A stretch of 64,000 nucleotides of DNA. Origin: a virus (Duplodnaviria > Caudoviricetes). The notes under the pieces are model-generated. The model did not search any database. It saw nothing but the letters and a program-made list of their open reading frames with translations, and was not told where the DNA came from. The position numbers and the translations under genes were made by a program. Location: positions 1 to 64,000 of the IMG/VR virus record IMGVR_UViG_2863283106_000001; one strand, written 5' to 3'. This document shows, one piece after another, positions 8,691 to 17,614 of this stretch (the stretch's first letter is position 1; each line of letters starts with the position of its first letter).

Positions 8691-10433
8691 ATGCCTGGTA
8701 TCACTGCGCCTCAGCGCCCACGCCGATCCCGTAGACCGACCTGCCTTCCCAACCCGCCGATGATTCTCCTCGCGGGGCCGGAGAAGACCGGCAAGAGCCG
8801 CATCGCAGCCGAGGGCACCGCCTCCGAGTTGCTTGGGATGACCTACTGGATCGAGATCGGTGGCTCCGAGGGCACCGCCGACTACTACGGCCGGATCCCC
8901 GGGGCGAACTACGAGATCGTCCCCCACGATGGCAGCTACCAGGACATCCTCGATGCCGTCCGGTGGGCCGTCGCCCAGCCGCCCGCCGTCGAGGGCAAGC
9001 GGAACATGATCGTGGTGGACAACGTCAGCGTGCTGTGGGACATGCTCAGCGACGAGCAGGCCATCTACGCCCGGTGGCGCGCCGAGAAGAGGGCGAAGGA
9101 GGACCGCCGCCGCGGCCCGAACCCGGACCTCCCCGTCACCGTCGATCCCGACCTGTGGAACCGGGCAAAGGACCGGTGGGGCGAGATCCTGTGGCACCTG
9201 CGCCGTCACTCCGGCCCCACGCTTTTGCTCGCCCGCCAGGAACTCGTCATCGCGTTCGAGAACGACAAGCCCACCCGGGAGCGGACCCGCAAGATCAAGG
9301 CCGAGAAGAACCTCCCGGCCGCGGTCGACGCCATCGTCGAACTCCACGCCTTGGGCGAGGCGTACCTGACCGGTGTCCGCACCCTGCACTGGGAGGTCAC
9401 CCCCGGCCAGAGCGAGCGGTTCGAAAAGTTCAGCATCGACGCCCTGCTCCGCCGCATGGGCTTCCACGAGGCCGCCGCCACCCGCCAGGTCACCGAGGCC
9501 CGGCCCGAGGCGTACCTGGACGAGCAGCAGGCCCAGCAAACGCAGCAGACGCAGCAGCGACCCCCGCAGCAGTCCCAGCAGCGGAACCAGCGGCAACAGC
9601 AGGAAGCGCCGCCCGCGCAGCAGAGCACCCAGAAGGCGGACCAGGCCGGGAGGCAGGTCGTCGAGCTAATCCACCAGGCGCTCAAGGACCCGACCGACCC
9701 AGAGAAGCGCCTGCAGGCCATCCGCGCGGAGTGGGGCACCCGCACCCTCAAGCAGACGCCCACCTTCACGAAGATGTGGGGGGAGCTCAACGCGGACGAC
9801 CTGATCACCCGCTCCCTCGCGTACGTCAAGGAGGAGGCCGAGAAGCGCCGGAAAGCCGCCGAGGCCGCCGCCTCCACGCCGGGCGCGAAGGCCGAACCCG
9901 ACACGCCCGCCCCGCCCCCGGCCGGGCAGGACCAGGCCCGCGAGCACCAGGTCCACCCGGAGCCGGAGCCGCCGGCCGAGGACGACACGCCCCCGCCGCC
10001 GGACCCGCAGGCCGAAGACGGGCCGCCGCCCGGCGAGTCCCCGGAGGACACCACCGAGGCCGAGGAACCGCAGGACCGCCCTGCCCCGGGTGCGCAGCGG
10101 CTCGCCGACTTCGCCGCCGGCCGCCCGCCCAAGCGCGAACCGGACCGGAAGACGAAGATCGCTCTCGATGCCCTGCACGCCGAGGCGGACGTTCAGGCCC
10201 GCGTGCTGATGCGCACGCTAAGTGAGCACCTGGCGCCGATCTCCGGGGAGGGCGAGCCGGAGATGATCCCGCTGCGGAACTACCTCCTCGCGCAGCGCCC
10301 CGAGATCATCGCCCAGCTCGAGCGGGAGGGACACACGGAGCTCGCCGCCTACTACCAGAAGGCCCCGCACGTGGACACGAAGATCCGTGAGGCATTCGCC
10401 CCGTACTTCGGCGGCGCGCCCGCCGGGCAGTGA
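8691..10433 (+). CDS. P-loop ATPase (AAA_24/Sak4-like recombination protein) with long Gln/Pro-rich C-terminal extension
   Basis: ILLAGPEKTGKS Walker A, MIVVDNVSVLW Walker B, KIKAEKNLPAAVDAIV; RBS gagg. Confidence 0.75.
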   Translation: MPGITAPQRPRRSRRPTCLPNPPMILLAGPEKTGKSRIAAEGTASELLGMTYWIEIGGSEGTADYYGRIPGANYEIVPHDGSYQDILDAVRWAVAQPPAVEGKRNMIVVDNVSVLWDMLSDEQAIYARWRAEKRAKEDRRRGPNPDLPVTVDPDLWNRAKDRWGEILWHLRRHSGPTLLLARQELVIAFENDKPTRERTRKIKAEKNLPAAVDAIVELHALGEAYLTGVRTLHWEVTPGQSERFEKFSIDALLRRMGFHEAAATRQVTEARPEAYLDEQQAQQTQQTQQRPPQQSQQRNQRQQQEAPPAQQSTQKADQAGRQVVELIHQALKDPTDPEKRLQAIRAEWGTRTLKQTPTFTKMWGELNADDLITRSLAYVKEEAEKRRKAAEAAASTPGAKAEPDTPAPPPAGQDQAREHQVHPEPEPPAEDDTPPPPDPQAEDGPPPGESPEDTTEAEEPQDRPAPGAQRLADFAAGRPPKREPDRKTKIALDALHAEADVQARVLMRTLSEHLAPISGEGEPEMIPLRNYLLAQRPEIIAQLEREGHTELAAYYQKAPHVDTKIREAFAPYFGGAPAGQ

Positions 10434-10459
10434 AGTGACGTGACGTGCGCCCAAGGCCC

Positions 10460-11124
10460 CCGGGCGCGCTTCCCGGCGCGGTCTCCTCCCCCGGCTCTCG
10501 TCACCTCACCTCACCTCAGCACCGCGCGGCGCGCCTCTGGCTCCCCCCGCGGGCGCGCCCGAAGATGGCGCGCCCGTTCCTCTCCCACCCCAGGCGCGCC
10601 GCGCCGCGCCGCCCCCGCGCGCGCTCAGGCGCGCCTCGAGGCCGCGCCGTGGCGCGCCATGAACCGCGCGGCGCGCTGACCAGGCGCGCCTTCCTCGCGC
10701 GCCGCGCGGCGCGCCTAAGCGCGCGTGGGCGCGCCCTCGGATCGGCGTGCGGCGCGCCTGTCCGGTGATGGCGCGCGCGCCCGCCCACGCGCGCCGCGCC
10801 CAGGCGCGCCATGCCGAGCGCGCGCGCACGGACCAGGCGCGCGCCCAGTGAGCTGCGATTTCCCGCGGGGCGCGCCGCGCGCCCAGTGCCGGCGCGCGCC
10901 CAGGCGCGGCGCGGTTCCCCAATGAGGCGCAGCCCTGCAGCGCGCCATCATCCACTCGAGGGCGCGCGCCCCGCGGCGCGGGGAAGGTCCTCGAGCGCGC
11001 GCCGTGAACCCTGTGGCGCGCCGTCCCCCCGCGCGCGGCCGCGCGTCCAGGCGCGCCTAGATACGACGAAGGGCGCGCCGCCAGGCGCGCCCTTGAGTGA
11101 TCGGCGATCCAGCAGTGGCGCGCT
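10460..11124. repeat. Non-coding GGCGCGCC / (GC)n palindrome array
   Basis: About 16 GGCGCGCC octamers (hand count) plus longer (GC)n runs between two convergent stop codons. Confidence 0.9.
11069..11094. terminator. Hairpin at the right end of the GC array
   Basis: aagggcgcgcc gcca ggcgcgccctt. Confidence 0.55.
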
Positions 11125-11946
11125 CTACCGCGCGCCCGGCCGCGCCGCGCGGCGGAGGTCCCGCCGCTCCCGGCGCGCTTCCTTCACGGCCGCGCGGTCC
11201 TCGCCGCGGACCTGGCGCAGGAGCTGCAGCAGCTCCTGGGGGTGGGCCTTGCCCAAGAGCTTGAGTGCCTGCAGCCGGTGGTTCGGCTCGCTGGGCATGC
11301 GGCCCTGGCGCGCCTCCGCGTACTGGATGGCGTAGCGCAGGAACCCGGCCTCCGACGCCACCCGCCGACGGAAGAGTTCGACGCGCTGTTCCCGAGCGTT
11401 ACGGCCCTCGCCGGGCGAGGGCTCGGGCATGAACCGGGCTGGCTCCTCGAACATCAGGCGGCAGATGTCCGCCGCCCTCCTGGCTACTCTCGGTGAGCGA
11501 AACGCGAGAGCCTCGACCCGTGGAGACGTCGGCGGAGGGACCGGCTCGTCGAGGACGAACGCCGTCCACCGGTCGGTGAACGCGTCGTCGTCGAGCGCCG
11601 CCAGTTCCTTCGCATGCTCATGGGCCAGGTCGTCGACGACGTCCTGGACCGGCCCCATGGCGGCCTTGAGCCTCGCCCGCCACGGCGCGATGCGGGCCTG
11701 CTGCTCCCGCTTGCTCTCCCCCTCCCGAAGAGGGTTGTAGGACTTCGCCCGCCGCAGAGCGGTCTCGAGGGCGTCCAGCGTGTGTGGGGCGAGCCGGCGA
11801 TCCTCGAGCGCCGCCCCCCGCACGTCTCGCGGGGTCCGCCCGTCAGCGCTACCCGTGACGTGGGCGACGACTGCGTCCATGAAGGCGTCCGGGCCCATCT
11901 GGGACAGTCGCTTGATCTCGGCGGCGACCTGCTGCGCATCGGCCAT
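11125..11946 (-). CDS. Hypothetical alpha-helical protein
   Basis: ATG 11946 after GGAGG; two weakly repeated halves (LxxxxxDAF..A..[DS]xR.A). Confidence 0.7.
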   Translation of the reverse strand: MADAQQVAAEIKRLSQMGPDAFMDAVVAHVTGSADGRTPRDVRGAALEDRRLAPHTLDALETALRRAKSYNPLREGESKREQQARIAPWRARLKAAMGPVQDVVDDLAHEHAKELAALDDDAFTDRWTAFVLDEPVPPPTSPRVEALAFRSPRVARRAADICRLMFEEPARFMPEPSPGEGRNAREQRVELFRRRVASEAGFLRYAIQYAEARQGRMPSEPNHRLQALKLLGKAHPQELLQLLRQVRGEDRAAVKEARRERRDLRRAARPGAR

Positions 11947-12307
11947 AGGGGGGTGGTCCTCCGTCTCCGGCGTGCCCCGTGCTCTCGGGCCACTGTGTCG
12001 TGATGCACCTGGTGGAACAGGGCGAGGTGGCCGTACGGCCGCGAAGGGCGTGTGCCGGATCATCGCAGGAGCATCCACTCCCCGGCCCCGAGCGCTCTAC
12101 ACACACCCGGTTACTCGATCCCATGTGGCCAGGGCCACCACTGGGCGGAGAGGAGCACCCCTGAACCCCCAACCGAAGAAGGAGGGGCGGTGTCTTAACG
12201 CCACTAGACCCTGACCGGAACCTCAAACGCGTTCCTCGCGGTAGCGCTACGGCCACCTCTGTGCAGATGGTACCCGCCGGTCGAGGGCTGAGCGGGCGCC
12301 GCCGGTC

Positions 12308-12631
12308 CTATTCGGCCTGCTGAGGCGTCTTCCTGGTCGTCAGGGCCTCGAGCCAGGGGGCGAGCTTGGACGGCTTCCAGAACAGGTCATAGCTCGTCTG
12401 AGAGGCGGCCAGGACACCGAGGACGGTCGCGGCCGTGAGCTGGCCGTGCTGGAACTGGGACCAGCCGCCGTCCGCCGCCACGGTGGCGACGCCGGCGACG
12501 AGCGCGGCGACGACCGCGACGATCTTCTTGTTCTTCGCCGACCAGGCGGGCCGCTGTACGACCGCGGTGAGCAGCGGCAGCACGGCACCGACCTGGGCGC
12601 CGGTCGAGAGGGATTCGAGCGTTGCAGACAT
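12308..12631 (-). CDS. Holin-like membrane protein
   Basis: 107 aa with hydrophobic segments (VGAVLPLLTAVVQRPAWS..IVAVVAALVAGVATV); at the end of the tail module. Confidence 0.7.
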   Translation of the reverse strand: MSATLESLSTGAQVGAVLPLLTAVVQRPAWSAKNKKIVAVVAALVAGVATVAADGGWSQFQHGQLTAATVLGVLAASQTSYDLFWKPSKLAPWLEALTTRKTPQQAE

Positions 12632-12666
12632 GGGTCCGCCCTTCACTGGAGTTGTGTGTCGGGCGG

Positions 12667-12697
12667 ACTGTGGCGGCCGCTGGCGCCTTGCGTCGCC
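12667..12697 (-). promoter_or_regulatory. Late-promoter-like motif upstream of holin
   Basis: GGCGAC-GCAAG..(19 nt)-CACAGT. Confidence 0.65.
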
Positions 12698-12705
12698 CGC
12701 TGGGT

Positions 12706-13116
12706 TCAGCGGTCGGAGTCATCGGCCAGGTCCTCGGCGATCTCCAGCGGGGGCGCCGGCGCGGGGCGCTCGTACAGCTTGGCGACCAGGGCCCGGAGCT
12801 GATGGATGTACTCCACCGCGGCCACCTTCCAGCGGCGCCACTGCCGCTGTTCCTCCTCCAACCGCTCGACCCGGCTCTCCAGGGTGGCGACCCGCTCGAG
12901 GGTCTGCGCGTTCGTCGCGCGTTGCTGTTCCAGAAGCTGCGTGAAGCCCTGTGTCACGGTCTGCACGGACGACACGAACGTGCTGGCTTCCGACGCCTGG
13001 GTGTCGGCTTCGGTCTTCTTCCGGTTCCCCCGGTACACCAGCCACGCCCCGCCCAGCACACCAGTCATGCCGAAGACGGAACTGAGGACGGGCGCCAGAG
13101 AGGTAAGCCATTCCAT
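12706..13116 (-). CDS. Membrane-anchored coiled-coil protein (lysis-cassette associated)
   Basis: N-terminal TM segment then heptad coil LERVATLESRVERLEEE; RBS GAGGAGG. Confidence 0.75.
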   Translation of the reverse strand: MEWLTSLAPVLSSVFGMTGVLGGAWLVYRGNRKKTEADTQASEASTFVSSVQTVTQGFTQLLEQQRATNAQTLERVATLESRVERLEEEQRQWRRWKVAAVEYIHQLRALVAKLYERPAPAPPLEIAEDLADDSDR

Positions 13117-13221
13117 GGGGCGCCTCCTCGGTCAACGGTCATCAGATCGGGTGTGCGGGAGCCGGGGTCCGGGAAGACCCGCGGTTCCCCGCAGCCCGGA
13201 ACGCTGCAACACCCCTGCCGT

Positions 13222-13611
13222 TTACGTCTCCTCCTGCAGGGGCGTGCCCGGCTGTGCCATGGCCGGGCTGACGCCGGCCGATGTGTTCCAGCCCTGCCGG
13301 ATCGCGTCGAGGAGCTGCTCGTCGGTGAGGGCCGCGGCAATGCTCGGGGCGTCCGTGGCACCAGTGGCCGCGACCGCGTCGAGCATGGGCTGGCTGGCGA
13401 CCAGGCCCACCAAAGTGGCCGCGGCCTGGACGTCGGTCGGGTAGAGCACCGTCTTGGAAAAGTTCCAGCGCATGGTGTGGCCTGGTGTTGCCGGGTCCTC
13501 GGCGAATACCTCCTGGGCAACCACGGCGATGGCCATGCGGACCCGGGGCAGAAGCGACGGCTCCCGGGCGAGAGCGCTGATGACGCTCAGCGGGACAGGC
13601 AGGGCGGGCAT
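13222..13611 (-). CDS. Hypothetical protein downstream of tail fibre
   Basis: RBS GAGGAGG, 129 aa, co-oriented with tail genes. Confidence 0.7.
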   Translation of the reverse strand: MPALPVPLSVISALAREPSLLPRVRMAIAVVAQEVFAEDPATPGHTMRWNFSKTVLYPTDVQAAATLVGLVASQPMLDAVAATGATDAPSIAAALTDEQLLDAIRQGWNTSAGVSPAMAQPGTPLQEET

Positions 13612-13624
13612 AGGTGCAGCCTCC

Positions 13625-16600
13625 TCACTTGGTGTAGGTCACGCGCAGCTTCGGAGGGTTGGTCTGGCCGTACCCGCGCGCGCGGCCGTAGTAGGTCAGG
13701 CCCGAGGTGTTTGGGTCCAGGGCAATGCCCCGCCACCTGGTCGAGTCGAACACGCTGGTGATGTCCACCCACTTGCCTTCGTTCTTCGCCCAAGAGATCG
13801 TCTTGGACTCGGCATCGCAAGAGAACGTGGACGGGCGTGACGCGTGGTTGTGGGCCTTGACCACGGCCTTGCCGCCGCTGTTGTTGTACCAGTGATCGAA
13901 GTACAGATAGACCTCTGCCTTCTGGATGCTGGCGCCGGACAAGTCGGTGGCCAGGGAGGACGAGAAACCGATCAGGCTCGCCTGCATGCCATTGGTGGAG
14001 CTGTAGTAGCCCTGATAGCAGGAGTTGCCGTGGTTCGAGTTGTACGAGCCGCGCGAGGCGTACGAACCGGACCAGGTCGCCGAGTACGTCTTGGTGTACT
14101 GCCGGATCGGTGGGGCGGCTGTGCCGCCGCCAGTATTGGCGACGCCGGTCGCCGGGATTGCGGCGCCGATGTCCTCGATGAAGAAGTAGGCATGCCGCTC
14201 CGAAATGGACAGACCCAGCTCCATCGTCTGACCACTGCTTCCGCCGCTGTTGAAGAAGCTGATCAGGAACCGGTGAAGGCCCACACCGAAGGCGCTGGCA
14301 GGGGCGATGTGCTCCAGCTCAACCGTCCAGTAGTTGCCGGTGTGCGAGGGTGTCAGAATCGCCATCTGGCGTACCGGTGAGGCGATTGTGGGCGACGCCT
14401 CCCCACCATCACGCAGGTAGATCCTTGCCTCGCCGTCGTTGGCGAAGTCGAAGTCGGCTGTCGCGTGAAATTTGATGCGGTACATCCGCCCGGCATCGAT
14501 CATGGCGGGCAGCTCGTAGAAGCCGATTTCCGTCCCCGTGGACGTCACCGTCCCAGTGGGCACGCCGTAGGCGATGATGCCGCGTGGGCGCTGGTCGAGG
14601 AGGGTGGCGATGTCGTCGCCGCCCACGGTGAAGCCCTCCGCAACGGCCAAGGACTGAAACCCGGCCTTGCCTTCCTGGTCGATCGTGGCAACCGGCGTGC
14701 CGGCCGCGGACAGCGTCAGGTAGTTGGGGCGGCCGGTGGCCAGCGCAACAGCTTCCTCGCCGGTGCTGTCGTAGAGCAGGAGTCCCTGCGGGCTGAGTTC
14801 CGCGCGGGCGCCCGCAACGCCGGATGCCATGACGACGCGGCATGCGGCGTTGTCGTACGTGACTGTGCCGGCGCTGGAGTTGAAGGAGTTGATCAGGATC
14901 CGCACCCGCGTGGTGCCTGCCGGAGCCGCTATGCCGGGCACACCTGACATGGTCGTCCACGCACCGAGGACCGGTGTCGCGCCGGACGACACGGTGCTGT
15001 ACGCGAGGGCTTCCCCGGCCGTGTCCAGCCACTCGCCGTAGATGTTGATGCTCTCGCCCACCCAGTCGGCAGAGGCGAGGTAGTCCACCGACAGCCAGAG
15101 CTTTTGGCCCGGCACTGCCGGCAGCTCCCCCAGGACGAGGAACCGGGTGACTGGTGCCGTGCTCGTCGCGTCCGTACGGATCGCGCGCGGGCTGCCATTG
15201 CCGGATGCGACCACTGACCAGTTCGCGTTGTCGGCCACCCGCTGGTCCGACAAGCCCCCCTCAAAGCTGGGATCGGCGATCACGTTGCCGTCGGTACCGA
15301 CCGCGAGGCGGTCCGCGCTGATCGCGCCTGCCTTGATGTGGGTGGCGTCGATGACCCCGGCCTGGATCTTCGTCGCCGTCACGGAGTTCACGGCGAGCTT
15401 GTCCGCGGTCACGGCCAGGGCGTCGAGCTTGGCAGTCGTGATGGCCAGGGCCGCGACCTTCTCGGCGGTCACGGCCAGGGCGTCGAGCTTGTCGGTCGTC
15501 ACCGCCCCGGCGAGGATCTTCGGCGCGGTGATCGCTCCGTCCGCGATCTGCACTCCAGGCACGACCGGGCGCACCGCGGCGTTGTCGAACCACACGGCGC
15601 CGGCCGTTCCCGAGACGGACTCGACGCGCACCCGCGCCTGCACGGCGTCGGCCGGAGCCGTGACGGCCCCCGCAAGGCGGCCCCATACGCCCTTGGCGGG
15701 GGCGGTGGCGCTCACAATGCCGTAGCTGAGGACTGTGCCGTCCGCCTTCTCCCACCGTGTATGGATGTTGGCATTGGCGCCGGCCCAGTCCGCGGACGGG
15801 TAGTAGTCGGTAGCGAGGTAGAGCTGATCCCCTGGGGTGACGGGAAGCAGCGTCAGCTCAGCCGACCGGTTCGTAGCGGTTGCCGCCACCGCGTCGATCT
15901 TCAACGAGGCGGGGGAGCCGTTGCCGAACGTCTTGTCCTGAGCGAGGTACGTCTGTTTCTCGGCGATGGCTGCACCGCCTGCGCCCTCGAACGAGGGGTC
16001 GGCCAGCACGTTCGGGCTGCCGACGATCGTGAGCTTCTCCGCGGTGATCGCGCCCGCGGCAACGGCCTGGGCCGTGACCGAGCCGGCTGCCAGCTCTGAC
16101 GCGGTGACGGCCCCGGCCTTGAGCTCCCGCGCGGTGATCGCGTCCGCCGCGACCTTCCCGGCCGTGACAGCGTCAGTCGCCAGGGCGGCCGTGGTGACCG
16201 AGCCGGCGATCAGGTTGGTGGAGTTGACGACGCCGGTTTTCAGGGCCTCCAGCGTCACGCAGTCCACTTCCATGACTCCGGTCTGCGTGCCGTTGGCGGA
16301 GTTGTAGTTCAGCCACACGTAAGGGGCGATGAACCGCACGTCGGCATGCGCGAGCCCCGGTACGCGCGGGTCATTGTTCGGGCCCGGAGAACCGGCCACG
16401 CCGGCCGCGGCCCGACCGCTGAGGTAGCCGATGACCTGCACCCAGCCTTCGGCCGTGGTGATGGCCTTGCCGGAGGCGGCCACGTAGAAGTGCGAGTTCG
16501 TGCTGCCCGGCGTGCCGTTGCGGTTGACCAGCGTCGTCTTGTCGGCGCCGATACCGGCCACCCCGACATAGAAGGCATCCGTCCCGCCAGCCGGGCCGGT

Positions 16601-17569
16601 CATCCGTACCCGGGCGCTGAGCCGGTACAGCACATCCGGCTCGTAGGGGATGGCCGTCTTCCCGAGGAGCCGTATGTACCCGGTCGCCCGGCCCACGGTC
16701 CGGCCGGTCGGCGCATCAGCGATACCGGAGAGGTGTTCCCAGGTGGCGCCGGCGCTCTTGTCGGTGATGGTCCAGGCGGCCGCATCGCCCATCGCGTCGA
16801 CGTAGCGTTGCACCGCGGAGTCGGACAGCGCCCCACCGAGGGCGTTGATCGTGACCGCGCCGTCGGCGATTTTCCCCAAGGTGACCGCGGCCTTGGCCAG
16901 CTTCTCCTCGAGGACCGCACCGTCCTCGAGCGCGGTCGTTCCCACGGCCCCGAGGGCGATTTTCGCCTTGGTGACGGCGTTCTCGGCGAGCTTGGCCTCC
17001 GTGACGATCCCGTTGATGAGGTCCTGCTCCACGGCCTGGCGTGCCTTGCCTGCGACAGCCGCTGAGGGGGCGCTGGTCAGGCCTGCGGTGTTCAGGGCGA
17101 CCAGACGCACCCAGCGCTCGGCGTAGCCCTCCACTGCGACCGTGACGCTTCCGCCGGTAACGTCGGTGATGGCTGCGGTCAGGGTGGTGAAGTCGGGGGT
17201 GAAGTCGGCGGCCGGGCCCAGGTGCACCTGCATTGCGGCGAAGTCGGTGGGTGGGGCGTTGGAGTCGTCCCACCAGCCGTCCCAGGTGACGACCAGCCCG
17301 GCCAGGGCGGAGACCACGGTCGGGGCGCCGGGCGTGGGCGGCGGGACAGCGGCCGCGGGCTTCGGCACGAGCGCAATGCCGCCGTCCGGCTGCACACCCA
17401 CCGACCCGGCGAGCGTGCCGTCCTCGGTGTAGATGTCGAGGGTGCCGCCCTCGATGGACGTGTATGCGGCCTTGGAGGTGCGCTCAAGGGCCTGGAGCCG
17501 CCGTTCGTAGTCCGCCAGCAGCGCCGCGAAGCGCTTGGCGTCTGTCTGGGAGTCCAGGAAGCTGACCAT
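13625..17569 (-). CDS. Tail fibre / minor tail protein with carbohydrate-binding-like modules
   Basis: Three blocks of [AS][VI]TAxK[LI] repeats separating beta-sandwich modules, two starting NV[LI]ADPSFEG; follows tail tip genes. Confidence 0.85.
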   Translation of the reverse strand: MVSFLDSQTDAKRFAALLADYERRLQALERTSKAAYTSIEGGTLDIYTEDGTLAGSVGVQPDGGIALVPKPAAAVPPPTPGAPTVVSALAGLVVTWDGWWDDSNAPPTDFAAMQVHLGPAADFTPDFTTLTAAITDVTGGSVTVAVEGYAERWVRLVALNTAGLTSAPSAAVAGKARQAVEQDLINGIVTEAKLAENAVTKAKIALGAVGTTALEDGAVLEEKLAKAAVTLGKIADGAVTINALGGALSDSAVQRYVDAMGDAAAWTITDKSAGATWEHLSGIADAPTGRTVGRATGYIRLLGKTAIPYEPDVLYRLSARVRMTGPAGGTDAFYVGVAGIGADKTTLVNRNGTPGSTNSHFYVAASGKAITTAEGWVQVIGYLSGRAAAGVAGSPGPNNDPRVPGLAHADVRFIAPYVWLNYNSANGTQTGVMEVDCVTLEALKTGVVNSTNLIAGSVTTAALATDAVTAGKVAADAITARELKAGAVTASELAAGSVTAQAVAAGAITAEKLTIVGSPNVLADPSFEGAGGAAIAEKQTYLAQDKTFGNGSPASLKIDAVAATATNRSAELTLLPVTPGDQLYLATDYYPSADWAGANANIHTRWEKADGTVLSYGIVSATAPAKGVWGRLAGAVTAPADAVQARVRVESVSGTAGAVWFDNAAVRPVVPGVQIADGAITAPKILAGAVTTDKLDALAVTAEKVAALAITTAKLDALAVTADKLAVNSVTATKIQAGVIDATHIKAGAISADRLAVGTDGNVIADPSFEGGLSDQRVADNANWSVVASGNGSPRAIRTDATSTAPVTRFLVLGELPAVPGQKLWLSVDYLASADWVGESINIYGEWLDTAGEALAYSTVSSGATPVLGAWTTMSGVPGIAAPAGTTRVRILINSFNSSAGTVTYDNAACRVVMASGVAGARAELSPQGLLLYDSTGEEAVALATGRPNYLTLSAAGTPVATIDQEGKAGFQSLAVAEGFTVGGDDIATLLDQRPRGIIAYGVPTGTVTSTGTEIGFYELPAMIDAGRMYRIKFHATADFDFANDGEARIYLRDGGEASPTIASPVRQMAILTPSHTGNYWTVELEHIAPASAFGVGLHRFLISFFNSGGSSGQTMELGLSISERHAYFFIEDIGAAIPATGVANTGGGTAAPPIRQYTKTYSATWSGSYASRGSYNSNHGNSCYQGYYSSTNGMQASLIGFSSSLATDLSGASIQKAEVYLYFDHWYNNSGGKAVVKAHNHASRPSTFSCDAESKTISWAKNEGKWVDITSVFDSTRWRGIALDPNTSGLTYYGRARGYGQTNPPKLRVTYTK

Positions 17570-17577
17570 GGCGCGGG

Positions 17578-17608
17578 ATGGTCGACGTCCTGCGGCCTTA
17601 GTGTCGCG
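17578..17608 (-). promoter_or_regulatory. Late-promoter-like motif, near-leaderless, for tail fibre
   Basis: CGCGAC-ACTAAG..(19 nt)-GACCAT, 8 nt before ATG. Confidence 0.7.
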
Positions 17609-17614
17609 CCCTGA

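Noticed and set aside
10460-11124. Possible CRISPR array
   Set aside because: Repeat unit is only about 8 bp with irregular spacing; no cas genes seen
10440-11335. Arg/Ala-rich ORFs across the GC array
   Set aside because: Translations merely reflect GCGCGC repeats; no RBS or consistent codon bias
11975-12005. Additional late-promoter copy upstream of the 11125-11946 gene
   Set aside because: CACGAC-ACAG half is present but no AnnnT hexamer at the expected spacing
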